From NCBI GenBank assembly GCA_003225535.1, contig QIAL01000213.1, positions 1,111-65,110 of the forward strand: a stretch of 64,000 nt of DNA, in the 5' to 3' direction. Positions 37,973 to 48,596 of the stretch are shown one piece after another. Made by a program: the position numbers and the translations under genes. The notes below the pieces were generated by a model. The model was not told the origin of the DNA and ran no database searches. It saw only the letters and a list, made by a program, of their open reading frames with translations. The first letter of the stretch is position 1; each line of letters opens with the position of its first letter. This DNA comes from Acidobacteriota bacterium (GTDB taxonomy: Bacteria > Acidobacteriota > Terriglobia > Terriglobales > Acidobacteriaceae).

Positions 37973-38731
37973 TCAATTTTTGGCGACCTTTGAGTGTTTG
38001 CAATATCTACCGCAAGCAGTCGACGATACAGATTGACTCTCAACCTCTCTGCTCAAGACTTCTGAATCAATGAGGGATGCAATCTTGTCCCAGATTTGGG
38101 GGTCGTTTTCGATCTGGTGATGTGCCTTGTTAAAAACCCGGGAAAGCCATCGATAGTTGTCGCAATTGACCTGATGGCTTTCGTACTTCATCTGAAAGTT
38201 CCCTAAGATGTTAGTTCGTGTCGCATCGGCTGGAACAATAAGTGGCTGCCCGGGCGTGAACCCTTTTCTTTGATAGAAATTCACTGCTCTCGCCACATTC
38301 GCAGGAACCATGTGATCGTTCTGTCCGAACTTCTTCACGCTGTCGACTTGGATGGTCAGTGCGACTGGGATGCCGCGCGTTTGCAGTTCTCTTGCGAAGG
38401 AGAGCACCTGTGAAGCGCCCCAGCTGTGTCCAAAAAGGATGACCTTTGTTCGTTCCTTCTCGTCGGCCGACAAGAAACTATCCTTATTCGCGTCCAAGAA
38501 CAGAGTAAGATCTTCTATCGCCTTTGTCCCTTCGTGATTTCCAAATATTCCGACATGGACGCCGGCGCCGTACCGGCTTTGGACATACTTCGCGAACAGG
38601 ACTTCCGGATGCTTCATGTCATTCGGTTTAACAAAGCCACCAACGAATCCAAATATGATGGCTTCTCGAATGCGTTGATTCGTGTCTTCAACTCGCGGTC
38701 TCGAGCAGACCAGGCTCAGCGCGTCTCTCAA
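37973..38731 (-). CDS. alpha/beta hydrolase (lipase/esterase-like, GHSWG nucleophile elbow)
   Basis: 252-aa ORF with a GXSXG motif (ILFGHSWGASQ). A matching signal peptide lies upstream in a different frame (see findings). Confidence 0.75.
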   Translation of the reverse strand: MRDALSLVCSRPRVEDTNQRIREAIIFGFVGGFVKPNDMKHPEVLFAKYVQSRYGAGVHVGIFGNHEGTKAIEDLTLFLDANKDSFLSADEKERTKVILFGHSWGASQVLSFARELQTRGIPVALTIQVDSVKKFGQNDHMVPANVARAVNFYQRKGFTPGQPLIVPADATRTNILGNFQMKYESHQVNCDNYRWLSRVFNKAHHQIENDPQIWDKIASLIDSEVLSREVESQSVSSTACGRYCKHSKVAKN

Positions 38732-38890
38732 CGCCGGGATCGATACGGTCGATCGACGATACGTCTTTCGCGTGCGCTATTTCAAGTTGACTAGGGCAGA
38801 TTAGTGCCAGGACGAGCAGAAGGACGACAGAATCCATCTTACCCATACGCCAATCAAGTTCTGAGCGGACCGCACCTTCGTCCATACGCC

Positions 38891-40024
38891 TCAGCGCCGA
38901 TCAGACGCGCGATTTCGAAGATGCGGCGTAAGTCGTCGAACGACAAACTCTTGAAGTACACCCTCGAAGGCGACTTCACCCAGCCTGATCAGTGAATTTT
39001 GCACCACCAATCCGGCGCCATTGCGATCGCTGTTCGGATAATAGAGATACGAGATGCCGGCTGAAGCAAAGGCGCCGGCCACGTTCGAATAATTGGGCTG
39101 CCAGCGCATATTGTCACCTTTGCAAATCACAGGACTGGCGAGCGCGTACAACACCCGCGATCGGGTACTGCCCGTTCCTTTGTAGAAGTAACGCGGATCT
39201 TGCTTCAGCAGAGATGGTAGTACTGCGCTTCCAATAAACGTGCCAGTAAGCACGTCAGTGTAGGAGGCACCCAGTCGCTTGAAGTAGCCCTGCGCTCCTT
39301 GCCCATATCCGTCATGCGTGTTCGTGGCCTGCTCAACTCCAGCCACCGCGGCGACTCCGATGAACGTGAATGGGTCTCTCGTTGTCTTCCAGGCAAGCCT
39401 GAACTTCTGCTTCGTGTTCAGTGGCAGGGCGTCCCGGTCGTAGCTCACGTAGAAATTTGGAATGAAACCGAATACGCGTTGCTTCTCTTGTTCTCTAATC
39501 TGCAGGTCCGCAACCTGGACTGACGTGAGCGGGCTCACTTTCACATGCACTTCGGTCACAGTCTTGGCCACTGCCAGGATGATCGCGGGGACCAGAAAAG
39601 TCTGCCCGGGTCGCAGAGCTGCAAAGAATTCTCCGGTTGCGAATCCTGGCGACGTGACGGTAAGACGAAATGCCCCGGGAGAGACATTGGTGAAGAGGAA
39701 TTGCCCGTTGCTGCCGGAGGCTACCTCTTGCCTCACAGTTTGGGTTTCGTCGGTGAGCCGTACCTCAGCCCCTACGCTCACTGCTCCCGACTGATCAAGA
39801 ATAGTCCCGCTAATGTATCCCGGCGGTTGATAATCGGCGACCATTTTTCCCGAACTGCTCAAATAGGTTTGTTGGGGGGGAGCGGCGGCCGGTGGGTCAT
39901 AAACCGAATCTTCCGCTGCAATTGCCATGGCATCGTTGGTTTTCGACGTCTGTGCGCCAGAAAATGCGCCGACGACAAGGACCAGAAACACCCAAGCTGA
40001 TGCTTCAAAAATGAAACGTTTCAT
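38891..40024 (-). CDS. CarboxypepD_reg-like domain protein (secreted)
   Basis: Signal peptide. Ig-like CarboxypepD_reg block (ISGTILDQSGAVSVGAEVRLTDETQTVRQEVASGSNGQFLFTNVSPGAFRLTVTSPGF). The conserved C-terminal region is of unknown function. Confidence 0.8.
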   Translation of the reverse strand: MKRFIFEASAWVFLVLVVGAFSGAQTSKTNDAMAIAAEDSVYDPPAAAPPQQTYLSSSGKMVADYQPPGYISGTILDQSGAVSVGAEVRLTDETQTVRQEVASGSNGQFLFTNVSPGAFRLTVTSPGFATGEFFAALRPGQTFLVPAIILAVAKTVTEVHVKVSPLTSVQVADLQIREQEKQRVFGFIPNFYVSYDRDALPLNTKQKFRLAWKTTRDPFTFIGVAAVAGVEQATNTHDGYGQGAQGYFKRLGASYTDVLTGTFIGSAVLPSLLKQDPRYFYKGTGSTRSRVLYALASPVICKGDNMRWQPNYSNVAGAFASAGISYLYYPNSDRNGAGLVVQNSLIRLGEVAFEGVLQEFVVRRLTPHLRNRASDRR

Positions 40025-40199
40025 GCCTGAGGACGCTCAACGTGCTTTCATCTCGCACTGTGATTTGACGTTTTACTTGGCCCGGCGAGAACTGGCAGAA
40101 CTTCCAGAGTTTTAGCCCAAAGATTCATGAGCCCTGGATGGATGACAAAGAAGTCTGGGCACTCGCCCCACTCACTGCGGTCAACTGGTTTGGCGAGTG

Positions 40200-41588
40200 C
40201 TACTGTGAAGCCGATGAAGGCAGAGCCGCGCTCCCCGAGGCGAGAGCGCCCGTGCTCGCCGATTCCTTCGGCTGCGACTCGAGCAGTTGTTTGAGTAGCG
40301 CGAGATCGCTCTCAACATCCGCGCGAGCCGTCTTCTTGGCCGCGGCGGATTTCAATTCCTCGCGAAGCCGTGCTTCCATGAGAGCCGCCGCAAATTGGGA
40401 ACCCACCAGAGAACTCAAAATATTGGAACGCGTAATGCCCACCGACATGATTTCAGCACCGACGCGTGCCTGCAGGGTGGGTCCTCCGAAGTGATCGAGT
40501 GCCGGTACGGCGTCAGCGCGAAACGATGTCCAATGGCGTCCGTCTGCGTACGCGCCCGCCGCTGCGGTCTGGACCAATTCCTCAAGTCGGTTCTGCAGAA
40601 CGCGACGGTCCGCGCTCGTCAGGGCTACACCCAACTGATCCTTTGAATCCAGAATCGGCGCATTCTTCCCGGGGTTGTAGTGCCAATGCCCCACGTACAC
40701 GGCCACCGCAGTCCCGGCGGCAAAGGGGTGGAACAGGAATAGTGGCAACATATATTTCTTCGACGTCAGCATGACTTCCAGGACACCACGCACACGCTTC
40801 GACCGAGGTATCGTCCCTGGAACTTGTGGGATGGCAAATGTCGACGCATGCAGCTCAGGATGGCCCCGGCTGTATTTGGAAAGAGTTCTTGCCAACTGTT
40901 TCGGCGTAGTAACCCCCAAGTCGCCGATGATGCTGCGATGCACAGAGTGCGGATAGTAAAAACTGATAACCTGACGTACAAAGTCCGCGCAGTTCGCAGT
41001 AACCAGTTTCCAGCGCTGGTGATTGGCCGCGTCATTGAGAGTGCGGATCAGTTTGTCATCCTGCTCTGGACGGGTCTCGATCTCGAATGCGTAGATCGTG
41101 CGGAGATAGGAGGCTCCGATCAACTGATACCATGCCCCATCCGGCGTGCGATCATCCGGTAGATCCGGAACTACCGCCTCCAAGTGATTGCGCCGGTACT
41201 GGTCTCGCAGAAACGCAACTAGTTTTTTGTCGGCAAATAGAGGAATGTCCTCAGGTTTTTCGACTGCGTAGAGGTATGGGATGAGCGGTATTGCAATCCA
41301 GTCGTATCCTCCGATGCCGCGATAGCGGCTGAGGACAATTCCCGTCTCGCCCGGGAGACAGTGGCGCAACACAAGCGGAGATGCAGCGCAAACACCACTC
41401 AAGTAAAGCGCCGCGTGACCCGTTCCGGCGAAAGCGCCATCGTAGCTGTAAGGTTCTCCGAGGAACAAGGTCGCCCCGGCCTGCACACGAGCAATCGTGC
41501 ACAAAGAGAAGAAGAGAGTCGTCGCCGCAATCCTCAGTCTCAATGGACGCCTCGAATCCGGGTATGCGGTCTCAAAATGTACCCACAC
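40200..41588 (-). CDS. hypothetical membrane protein with papain-like (His ... NC.DF) motif
   Basis: 462-aa ORF. The N-terminal domain has GTGHAALYL and later VTANCADFVRQV, which is reminiscent of the NlpC/P60-LRAT-PPPDE catalytic His/Cys arrangement. There is a mid-protein TM helix (MLPLFLFHPFAAGTAVAVYVG) and a helical C-terminal domain. Confidence 0.6.
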   Translation of the reverse strand: MWVHFETAYPDSRRPLRLRIAATTLFFSLCTIARVQAGATLFLGEPYSYDGAFAGTGHAALYLSGVCAASPLVLRHCLPGETGIVLSRYRGIGGYDWIAIPLIPYLYAVEKPEDIPLFADKKLVAFLRDQYRRNHLEAVVPDLPDDRTPDGAWYQLIGASYLRTIYAFEIETRPEQDDKLIRTLNDAANHQRWKLVTANCADFVRQVISFYYPHSVHRSIIGDLGVTTPKQLARTLSKYSRGHPELHASTFAIPQVPGTIPRSKRVRGVLEVMLTSKKYMLPLFLFHPFAAGTAVAVYVGHWHYNPGKNAPILDSKDQLGVALTSADRRVLQNRLEELVQTAAAGAYADGRHWTSFRADAVPALDHFGGPTLQARVGAEIMSVGITRSNILSSLVGSQFAAALMEARLREELKSAAAKKTARADVESDLALLKQLLESQPKESASTGALASGSAALPSSASQ

Positions 41589-41769
41589 CCCAGTGTCACT
41601 GTTGAGAATAGGTCGCCCGCGCTAGGCGCATACTGTCATGAAGCACAGTCGCAGGAAACTAATATGTCGAGGTGCAATATGACGCGATTCGACGGTTGCA
41701 CACATTTTGCGGGACTGTTTAACGATGAAAATTAGGAGTCCCGGTATTTCTTGTGCGATCGTCCAGGAG

Positions 41770-42354
41770 TTATGGTTTGTTCAGGTCGTCGTCTTTGTAG
41801 TACTTAGTACCCTGCAGGGTCAATTGAAGAGCGAGGCCCTTCTTGGTGATTTGATAAACCCACACACCCGGTGCGACCGAAGCCGCTCCGGAGTATGCTC
41901 CGCCAGACTTGCCACTCTTGGCTGCAGCGTCTGCCTGCGCGGAACCATCCCAACCGGAATCGAGAAAGCTCGACAAAGCCTTCTCAGTTTCGAACGCAAA
42001 AACTACCCGGTAGTCCTTCACGCCGACTCCGAGACCAGCGCCGGCGGAAATCATCTTCATAAACGTGTCTTGTTTGGTTTTCGAATTAACGGCTATGCCC
42101 GCGCCGCGGGCCGTGCTTAACAGCAACAGGTTCGTGCCGATATTGCTAAAAACAGCATACCCAGCCGATTTCTTGATGAGCTCTCGCGATGTCGGTTGGA
42201 GTTTATAGAGATCGTCCAACGTTTGAGCCGCCATTTTCCGACTCTTCTCACGTTTCTGAACCGGTGTGTCCTTCGCGCTGGCCAATCCTCCAGCCAGCAA
42301 AATCACTGCAAGGGTTGATACGAATATTCTGAATTTCATCAGTGCTCTCCCCAT
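41770..42354 (-). CDS. SYLF (Ysc84/DUF500)-like lipid-binding domain protein, secreted
   Basis: Signal peptide (MKFRIFVSTLAVILLAGGLASA). Pattern GYAVFSNIG...ARGAGIAV...AGAGLGVGVKDYRVVFAF...GSAQADAAAK...VWVYQITKKGLAL. Confidence 0.55.
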   Translation of the reverse strand: MGRALMKFRIFVSTLAVILLAGGLASAKDTPVQKREKSRKMAAQTLDDLYKLQPTSRELIKKSAGYAVFSNIGTNLLLLSTARGAGIAVNSKTKQDTFMKMISAGAGLGVGVKDYRVVFAFETEKALSSFLDSGWDGSAQADAAAKSGKSGGAYSGAASVAPGVWVYQITKKGLALQLTLQGTKYYKDDDLNKP

Positions 42355-42576
42355 GACCGGCGCTCAAGGCTGTGATTAGCGCGCATCATGTTTGGCCGTT
42401 TTTCGCCGCTACCAAGTGGAACAAGTCGCAGGGAGTTTCAAATCTGTCAGGATTGTCAGCTGCCTTCACAAAATACGTGCAGCGGGGGAATAGACCTGGC
42501 TTACGTGCGGAACGAATACGTGTCAGTGAGGACAGATGTCCCGGATCGGCCCATGTTAACTGACAAGCTAGAATTC

Positions 42577-43227
42577 TTACTTGACCGAGTAGCCTCGGGA
42601 ATCAAGACAAGCTGAGAATGCTCGCTTAAAGCTTCCAATCTGCTGATCGTACGCTGCTCTCTGTTGTGAGTATTGCTGTTGAACCTGTGCTCCCGCCTGG
42701 TTTGCCGCCTGTTCCTTGGAGGCAGCGTTGGCCTGACGCTGCTGCCTTCCGCCGCGTACCGTCCCAATGGTTGCTCCCATGGCAGCACCCTTGCCCGCGT
42801 CACCACCAATGGCCCCGAGCATGGCTCCGCCGGCTGCTCCCCGCGCTGCACCGCGCACACGGCCACCTTTTGCCTCAGGAGCCGATGCGGCGCCCTGCGC
42901 CTGCGCTGCCTGGATGTCAGCAGAAGTAGGCGGTGCAGGTGCGCCCATGTCAGGATTCACGCCAGACTGTTGCTGCGCCAAGTCGTAGCATTCCGACTCA
43001 TCAATGAGCTGCTGGTCATGAGTCTGGTTTCTTCCGGGAAACACATACAGTCCCACCTTCTGAGCTGCGGAAAAGGAAGGCACTGGCTTGGCAGGAGCTC
43101 GTTCAGCAGCGGAAACTGTGTCGGACGAAGTGTCGGACTTCTTACTGCAACCAACGAGGAATACGATCAACATGCAAGCCGTCGTTGCGATTACGAATGG
43201 AGGATTCGTCAATCTCGTACATATCAT
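42577..43227 (-). CDS. glycine-zipper lipoprotein (paralog B)
   Basis: Lipobox (FLVGCSK). Same architecture as 32238..32798, and the same C-terminus (FKRAFSACLDSRGYSVK). Confidence 0.8.
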   Translation of the reverse strand: MICTRLTNPPFVIATTACMLIVFLVGCSKKSDTSSDTVSAAERAPAKPVPSFSAAQKVGLYVFPGRNQTHDQQLIDESECYDLAQQQSGVNPDMGAPAPPTSADIQAAQAQGAASAPEAKGGRVRGAARGAAGGAMLGAIGGDAGKGAAMGATIGTVRGGRQQRQANAASKEQAANQAGAQVQQQYSQQRAAYDQQIGSFKRAFSACLDSRGYSVK

Positions 43228-43402
43228 AGCCGTCTCCAGTGCTGCAGAAATCTCAGCACGGAAACGCTAAGACTTGGAGATGTAGGCTACAACTAGCAGA
43301 ATTGTCAGCCTCGCACCAGATGGGACCTGTCTCGCAGCCCTCTTTTACAATTGACACTGTTTCTTCTGCTTTGCGGGTCGATCTTCTACGGAGAGGCTCT
43401 TC

Positions 43403-46400
43403 TTATCCGGCCAGCGCTCGATGCTCCTCAGATTTAAGGGGAACGCGAGCATAGATAGTGGTTCCGGCTCCAGGTCGTGATTTTACGGAGAGTTCGCCGC
43501 GCACCAACTGCAACCTCTCGCGCATGCTGATCAACCCCAATCCATGGCGAGTGAAAGCCTCTTGTTCTTCAAAACCTTTTCCGCTATCTGATACCGTCAG
43601 CTCAAGCGACTCCGGAGTACCATAGAGTTCGACCGAGTAGTCCCGCACGCCGCTGTACTTCGTTGCGTTCTGCAGCGCCTCCTGTAAAACCCGGAACAAG
43701 CAGAGAGAGACTTCTTTGGGTAGCGTGTGCGGTATATCGGCATGTTTAAAGTGAATCTTGACATTGCTTTGTTCCGACAGCTCCCTGCAGAAGCTGGTGG
43801 CCGCCTTCGCGAGGCCCAAGTATTCGAGTTTCGAGGAATGTAGTCGGTGGGACAGGCTTTGCACATCCCGCGCGATCTGCACGATACGTTCCTGGGCATG
43901 ATGGACTTGCGCACCGACTTCTTCACTGGCGTGCTGTGTCAGTCGATCCAGTTCCACCGCCAGTAGCGCCAGACGTTGGTTGATATCGTCATGAAGCTCC
44001 CTGCCGATCCAAGTGCGTTCCTCTTCGTGCGCTTCAATCAGCCTACGCCCTATGGTCGACATAGCCTCTTCCGCGAGCTTCCGTTCCGTGATGTCAAGGC
44101 TGGAGCCGATGTAGCCGGCAAAGGAACCGTCTGCGTTGAACCTGGGCACGCCGATGTCCAGCAGCCAGCGGTACTCACCATCGTGTCGACGCAGCCGATA
44201 CTCCACTTCGCACACCTGTCGTTTGTCGAACGCGTCCACGTACTTTCTCAGACACTCATCGGAGTCTTCCGGGTGAACCCCTTTCACCCAGCCATGGCCG
44301 AGTTCCTCCTGCAAGGGCCGCCCAGTGAAATCAAGCCACGGTTTGTTAAAGTAATTACACAGTTTGTCCGCCCCGGACATCCAAATCATCACTGGCGCAT
44401 TGTTGGCAACCAGCCGGAATCGTTCTTCGCTCTCGCGCAGGGTTGTCTCTGCCCTTAGCCGTTCCGTAATGTCCCGAATGATGACCGTAAACAATTTCTT
44501 CCCACTGTTTTCCGTCTCGGATATCGACGCCTCTATGGGAAACGGCTCACCATTGGATCGTAAGGCATACAAACTCCCAAAATGACCGTAATCTGTGCTC
44601 CCGTTCAATCCGAATTGAAAGGGGTGCGTCTTGTGTATGGGTCGGAATGGCGCCGGAATGAAACGGTCGAGAGGCGTTCCTATCGCTTCAACCGCCGAGC
44701 ATTGGAACATCTTTTCTGCAGCCGTGTTGAACAGCAGTATCTGCTGCTCCTCGTCCACGCTTACGATAGCGTCCATGGCCGAGTTTACGATCGCGTTCTC
44801 TTCCGTGATGTCCTGGGAAACTCCACGGAGTTTTGTGATCACTCCCGCCTTATTGCGTGTGGTGTCAAAAGTCGTGTGTATCCACCGTTTGCTTCCATCT
44901 GGGCGTATAAGTTCCAAGTCCATGGCAGGGAAAGAGTTCGCAGCCATGGCTCGCTGCAAACAGCCCCAAGTCTCAGGTGTATACACATTGGGTAGATCTT
45001 CGAAGGCCGGTGCTGGCTTAGAGGGGTCTAGCCCATGGATGCGATAAAGCTCCTCCGACCAATGGATCGCTCCGCTGTCAATATCCCACTCCCAACTGCC
45101 GACATGAGCCAGACGTTGGGCCTCTGCCAGATCGTGTTCCTTAGCACGCAGCGCCTCTTCATTCGTCTTGCGTTCTGTGATGTCCTGAGTCGTGCCATGC
45201 AGGGAGACTACCTCCCCGGTAGAGTCGCGTACAGCATAACCACGGGTACTAACCCAGCGCCGACCCCCGTCGGGGCGCACTACTTCCAGGTCAATCTCCG
45301 GAAACGTCCCGGTCTGGATTGCGTCTTCCATAGTCTTGCGCAATTGATCCCAACTCTCGGCAGTGAAAAGGCGTGGTAACTCCTCATAGGAAGGGGGAGG
45401 GAGCTTTGGATCGAAGCCATGAATTCGCGATAGTTCTTCCGACCAATGTAGCTGGAGGCTCTTAGGATCCCACTGCCAGCTTCCCAACTGAGCCGAATGT
45501 TGGGCTTCAGCTAACTCAGCTTCCTTGCGACTCAGGGCATCTTCAGCTCGCTTGCGATCGGTGATGTCGATGATGGCCGAGAGCATGAGCGGTTCGCCTT
45601 CGATTTCGAGCAACTCCGCAGAGGCTAAACCAACTCCTTGCGATCCGTTCTTGCGACGGTAATGGACTTCGAAGTTTCTAACGCTCTTTTGATCCTCAAC
45701 AAGTCTCTTGACCCGCTCCCTTTCGCCAGGGTCTATCCAGATGTTGATGTCGAATGGAGTTCGTCCGATTACCTCTTCTCGCTTCCACCCCGTCACCTGT
45801 TCGAAAGTTTCGTTGACGTCGAGATAACGATGATCGCGCATTCTGGTCACCGTCATCGTCACTGGACCGGCGCGAAACGCTTTGGAGAACTTCTCTTCCG
45901 ACTTGACCAGCGCCTCGTGCGCCTTTTTGCCCTCGGTTATGTCCACCGCAATGCCCAGCATGCGAACAGGCTCGCCTTTCTTGTTGTAGTAGAACTCGCC
46001 GGAAGCCCCTACCCAACGGACCATTCCACTCTCGTGAATCGTGCGGAACTCGGTGGAGTACGGTTTGCGATTATCTCGCGCATCTGCCACTGCCTGGGAA
46101 ACTCGTTCCCGATCATCCGGGTGGACATAGCGATAAAAAGTCCCCATTTGTACGGTGGAGCTTTCGGCGGGAATTCCGAACATGGTCTGCAGATCGCCGA
46201 ACCAGATGTCTCGTCCTGTCTTGACATCCAAGTCCCATGCGACAGACTTTCCCGAGACCAGGGCCATCCGCAGGCGTTCGTGGGACAAGCCGGACTCAGC
46301 AAGCCGGTCGCGGTTGCTGAAATGTTCGATTATCAGCAGAGTCAGCGCCACGGCCAAAGCGCCCAGGAGCCAGGCAAGGAGATGTTGCTTACGTGCTCCG

Positions 46401-46549
46401 CCTGAGAACAGTTCCCATAGCGCACCGGTTGACAGGGCGGCGAGCATCAGCGTCGTTGCGAGTACAGCTATTCTCCAACCAAAGCTCGAAGCTCGGGATG
46501 TGACAAACGAGAGGAGTCGATTCGCCATGGCCATTCCTCCTCTGACCAT
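43403..46549 (-). CDS. multi-PAS sensor histidine kinase (HisKA_3 / NarX-type)
   Basis: 1048-aa ORF with two N-terminal TM helices and about six PAS/PAC repeats (recurring W.WD....W....YRIHG blocks). It has a HisKA_3 H-box ([15 protein letters not shown]) and an HATPase_c domain ([11 protein letters not shown]...[12 protein letters not shown]). Confidence 0.92.
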   Translation of the reverse strand: MVRGGMAMANRLLSFVTSRASSFGWRIAVLATTLMLAALSTGALWELFSGGARKQHLLAWLLGALAVALTLLIIEHFSNRDRLAESGLSHERLRMALVSGKSVAWDLDVKTGRDIWFGDLQTMFGIPAESSTVQMGTFYRYVHPDDRERVSQAVADARDNRKPYSTEFRTIHESGMVRWVGASGEFYYNKKGEPVRMLGIAVDITEGKKAHEALVKSEEKFSKAFRAGPVTMTVTRMRDHRYLDVNETFEQVTGWKREEVIGRTPFDINIWIDPGERERVKRLVEDQKSVRNFEVHYRRKNGSQGVGLASAELLEIEGEPLMLSAIIDITDRKRAEDALSRKEAELAEAQHSAQLGSWQWDPKSLQLHWSEELSRIHGFDPKLPPPSYEELPRLFTAESWDQLRKTMEDAIQTGTFPEIDLEVVRPDGGRRWVSTRGYAVRDSTGEVVSLHGTTQDITERKTNEEALRAKEHDLAEAQRLAHVGSWEWDIDSGAIHWSEELYRIHGLDPSKPAPAFEDLPNVYTPETWGCLQRAMAANSFPAMDLELIRPDGSKRWIHTTFDTTRNKAGVITKLRGVSQDITEENAIVNSAMDAIVSVDEEQQILLFNTAAEKMFQCSAVEAIGTPLDRFIPAPFRPIHKTHPFQFGLNGSTDYGHFGSLYALRSNGEPFPIEASISETENSGKKLFTVIIRDITERLRAETTLRESEERFRLVANNAPVMIWMSGADKLCNYFNKPWLDFTGRPLQEELGHGWVKGVHPEDSDECLRKYVDAFDKRQVCEVEYRLRRHDGEYRWLLDIGVPRFNADGSFAGYIGSSLDITERKLAEEAMSTIGRRLIEAHEEERTWIGRELHDDINQRLALLAVELDRLTQHASEEVGAQVHHAQERIVQIARDVQSLSHRLHSSKLEYLGLAKAATSFCRELSEQSNVKIHFKHADIPHTLPKEVSLCLFRVLQEALQNATKYSGVRDYSVELYGTPESLELTVSDSGKGFEEQEAFTRHGLGLISMRERLQLVRGELSVKSRPGAGTTIYARVPLKSEEHRALAG

Positions 46550-46878
46550 CTGCTGCTTCTATGAGTGAAGTAACACTCCCATCCTGAGCATCCGTCACTT
46601 CACAAGCGATTTTCCCAGCTGGGACAAGAGGAACAGCCAAGGGAAGATGTGTCGTGGATTGCAGTCTGTCCGCGCTCGGGTAATCCTTTCTGGAGCGTCG
46701 AGGATTTCTTAACATCAGAGAGACAGGCTTGAATCTGTTAAAGAAGACAGTGCCTTTTCTGTTCGAGGCCTTTACTTCTGTGTCTTATAGCACAAATGTG
46801 CAAAGTCTTGAAGAGGAGAAAGATGTTCAAGCCAGACTTTTGTGGGAATCACAGTTCAGGAAGGAGGAAAGACCCAAC

Positions 46879-47319
46879 TTAAGTCCGGCTCGCATGCCTA
46901 TGACTATTCAGTCCATCACTCACAAACTTCTTTCCACTTAGAATGGCCTCCACCGCTAATAGGAGTTCCTTTCCCGCCTGCGCCTTGATTACGTATCCCC
47001 ACGCGCCCAAATCAAAGGCTTCTCCAACAATCTCCGCGTCAGTTTCCTGAGTAAGAAAGAGGATTCTCGCGTCAGGTACAAGTCTGCGAATGCGGTGGGC
47101 AACTGCGATTCCATTCAGCCCGGGCAAGCCGATATCGAGCAGAATCAGGTCCGGTTGGAGGGCCTCCGCTCGCTCAACTGCGTCGATACCGTTTTGCGCC
47201 TCGCCCACAATTCGCAAATTCGGTTGTCGATGAAGAGTGGAAGTCACAAAATTCAGGAATGATTTGTTGTCTTCCACTACGAGGATCCGAAATTCTGCAA
47301 CGACTGAACCTGTTTTCAC
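46879..47319 (-). CDS. REC-only response regulator
   Basis: GTG start. Receiver motifs (ILVVEDN, DLILLDIGLPGLNG, RILFLTQE, GAWGYVIK). The short tail (GKKFVSDGL...) resembles that of 36739..37188. Confidence 0.85.
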   Translation of the reverse strand: MKTGSVVAEFRILVVEDNKSFLNFVTSTLHRQPNLRIVGEAQNGIDAVERAEALQPDLILLDIGLPGLNGIAVAHRIRRLVPDARILFLTQETDAEIVGEAFDLGAWGYVIKAQAGKELLLAVEAILSGKKFVSDGLNSHRHASRT

Positions 47320-47609
47320 AAGGATCCTGTCCGAGGAGGACTATTAACCGCCACCGCGCCAACCCGCATGCTCATGACCTTACACCTGGTGTTTTTGGAT
47401 TGGCAATGGCACCAACGGTCCATGAGATGTTCTGCTGGCGGTCGCACACACATAAAATTACATAGCTGCTTGATCCCAGGAATGCAAGCGCCAAGATGCG
47501 CCAAACCTCTATGAGGGTCGATTGACGGCAGCGCCACCGGGCGGGAGAGTTGTGCGGCCCGCCCAATTCTAGCGCGTCGGGCGAGCGCCACCCCTGGCTT
47601 TCACACCTT

Positions 47610-47644
47610 GGGCCTGGCCCATTCTCTCTGGGAGGGCCCTTTTT
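47610..47644 (+). terminator. orphan GC-rich hairpin plus T5 tract in an intergenic gap
   Basis: GGGCC(47610-14)/GGCCC(47635-39) with inner CCCA/TGGG pairing, followed by TTTTT. There is no annotated plus-strand gene upstream. A second perfect 7-bp GC hairpin lies at 47539-47564. Confidence 0.3.
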
Positions 47645-47774
47645 GACGAACCGGAGGACTACTAGGTCCGTGGAAGAAGATGTCAAACATCCACACGGCA
47701 ACAACAACTTCCAGAAATTTTTCCAGAGGACGTGTCCATTTCAAGTTGGTCGCCTCCTAGTTCGGTATGGTCGT

Positions 47775-48596
47775 TCAGTATTTTTGTGAAATCCAACGAT
47801 AAGGCCAATCCGGTTCTTTGTAGCCCTTCGGACCCTGTCGCTTGGGCAACGTGATTTTCTCGTGAGAGATCTTCTTCCAGGGCACAGCACTGAGCAAATG
47901 GGCAATGCAGTTCAATCGGGCTCGTTCTTTATCATCAGTCTGGACCACGTACCACGGAGATTGCGGCGTATCGGTGGCTTCGAACATTGCGTCGCGTGCG
48001 CGGGAATAGTCGTACCAGCGACGATGGGATTCCAGATCCATGGGACTCAGCTTCCAATGTCGCATGGGATCTTCAATGCGTTTCTGAAACCGCTTGTGCT
48101 GTTCCTTCTCACTCACCTCAAACCAATACTTGATTAAAAGAATGCCGTTGTTCCTGAGGAGTGATTCGAAGGCGGGGCACATGCGAAGGAATTGTTCATA
48201 TTGTTTGTCAGTGCAGAATTCCATCACGTGCTCGACCAAAGCACGGTTATACCAGCTACGGTCGAAGAAAGTTGCTTCGCCGGCAGCAGGCATTTCCTTC
48301 AGATAGCGTTGTATATACAGCTGCGACTTCTCACGTTCGGTGGGAGCCGGCAACGCGACATGGCGGAAGATGCGCGGACTGACGCGCTCCATAATGCGAT
48401 GAATCACTCCTCCTTTGCCCGCCGCGTCTCGCCCCTCGAACACGACGGCGATCTTGGCTCCGGTTGCTCTCACCCATTCCTGCATCTCGACCAATTTGGT
48501 CTGCAGTTTGCGCAACTCCTGCTCGTACTGCTTTTTCGTGAGCTCAGGCTTCTCCTTGGCACCGTCGTTCTTAGTTTGCTGCTGTTGTTTCGGCAT
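47775..48596 (-). CDS. ppk2: polyphosphate kinase 2 (single-domain PPK2)
   Basis: 273-aa ORF with the PPK2 Walker A block (VVFEGRDAAGKGG) and DRSWYNR lid motif. Confidence 0.92.
   Translation of the reverse strand: MPKQQQQTKNDGAKEKPELTKKQYEQELRKLQTKLVEMQEWVRATGAKIAVVFEGRDAAGKGGVIHRIMERVSPRIFRHVALPAPTEREKSQLYIQRYLKEMPAAGEATFFDRSWYNRALVEHVMEFCTDKQYEQFLRMCPAFESLLRNNGILLIKYWFEVSEKEQHKRFQKRIEDPMRHWKLSPMDLESHRRWYDYSRARDAMFEATDTPQSPWYVVQTDDKERARLNCIAHLLSAVPWKKISHEKITLPKRQGPKGYKEPDWPYRWISQKY

Noticed and set aside
32238-43227. Invertible DNA segment mediated by the inverted glycine-zipper paralogs
   Set aside because: The compared 3' ends are only moderately similar at the DNA level. No recombinase gene or crisp inverted DNA repeat is present.
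45638-46405. 255-aa plus-strand ORF
   Set aside because: It is a shadow frame inside the PAS histidine kinase gene.
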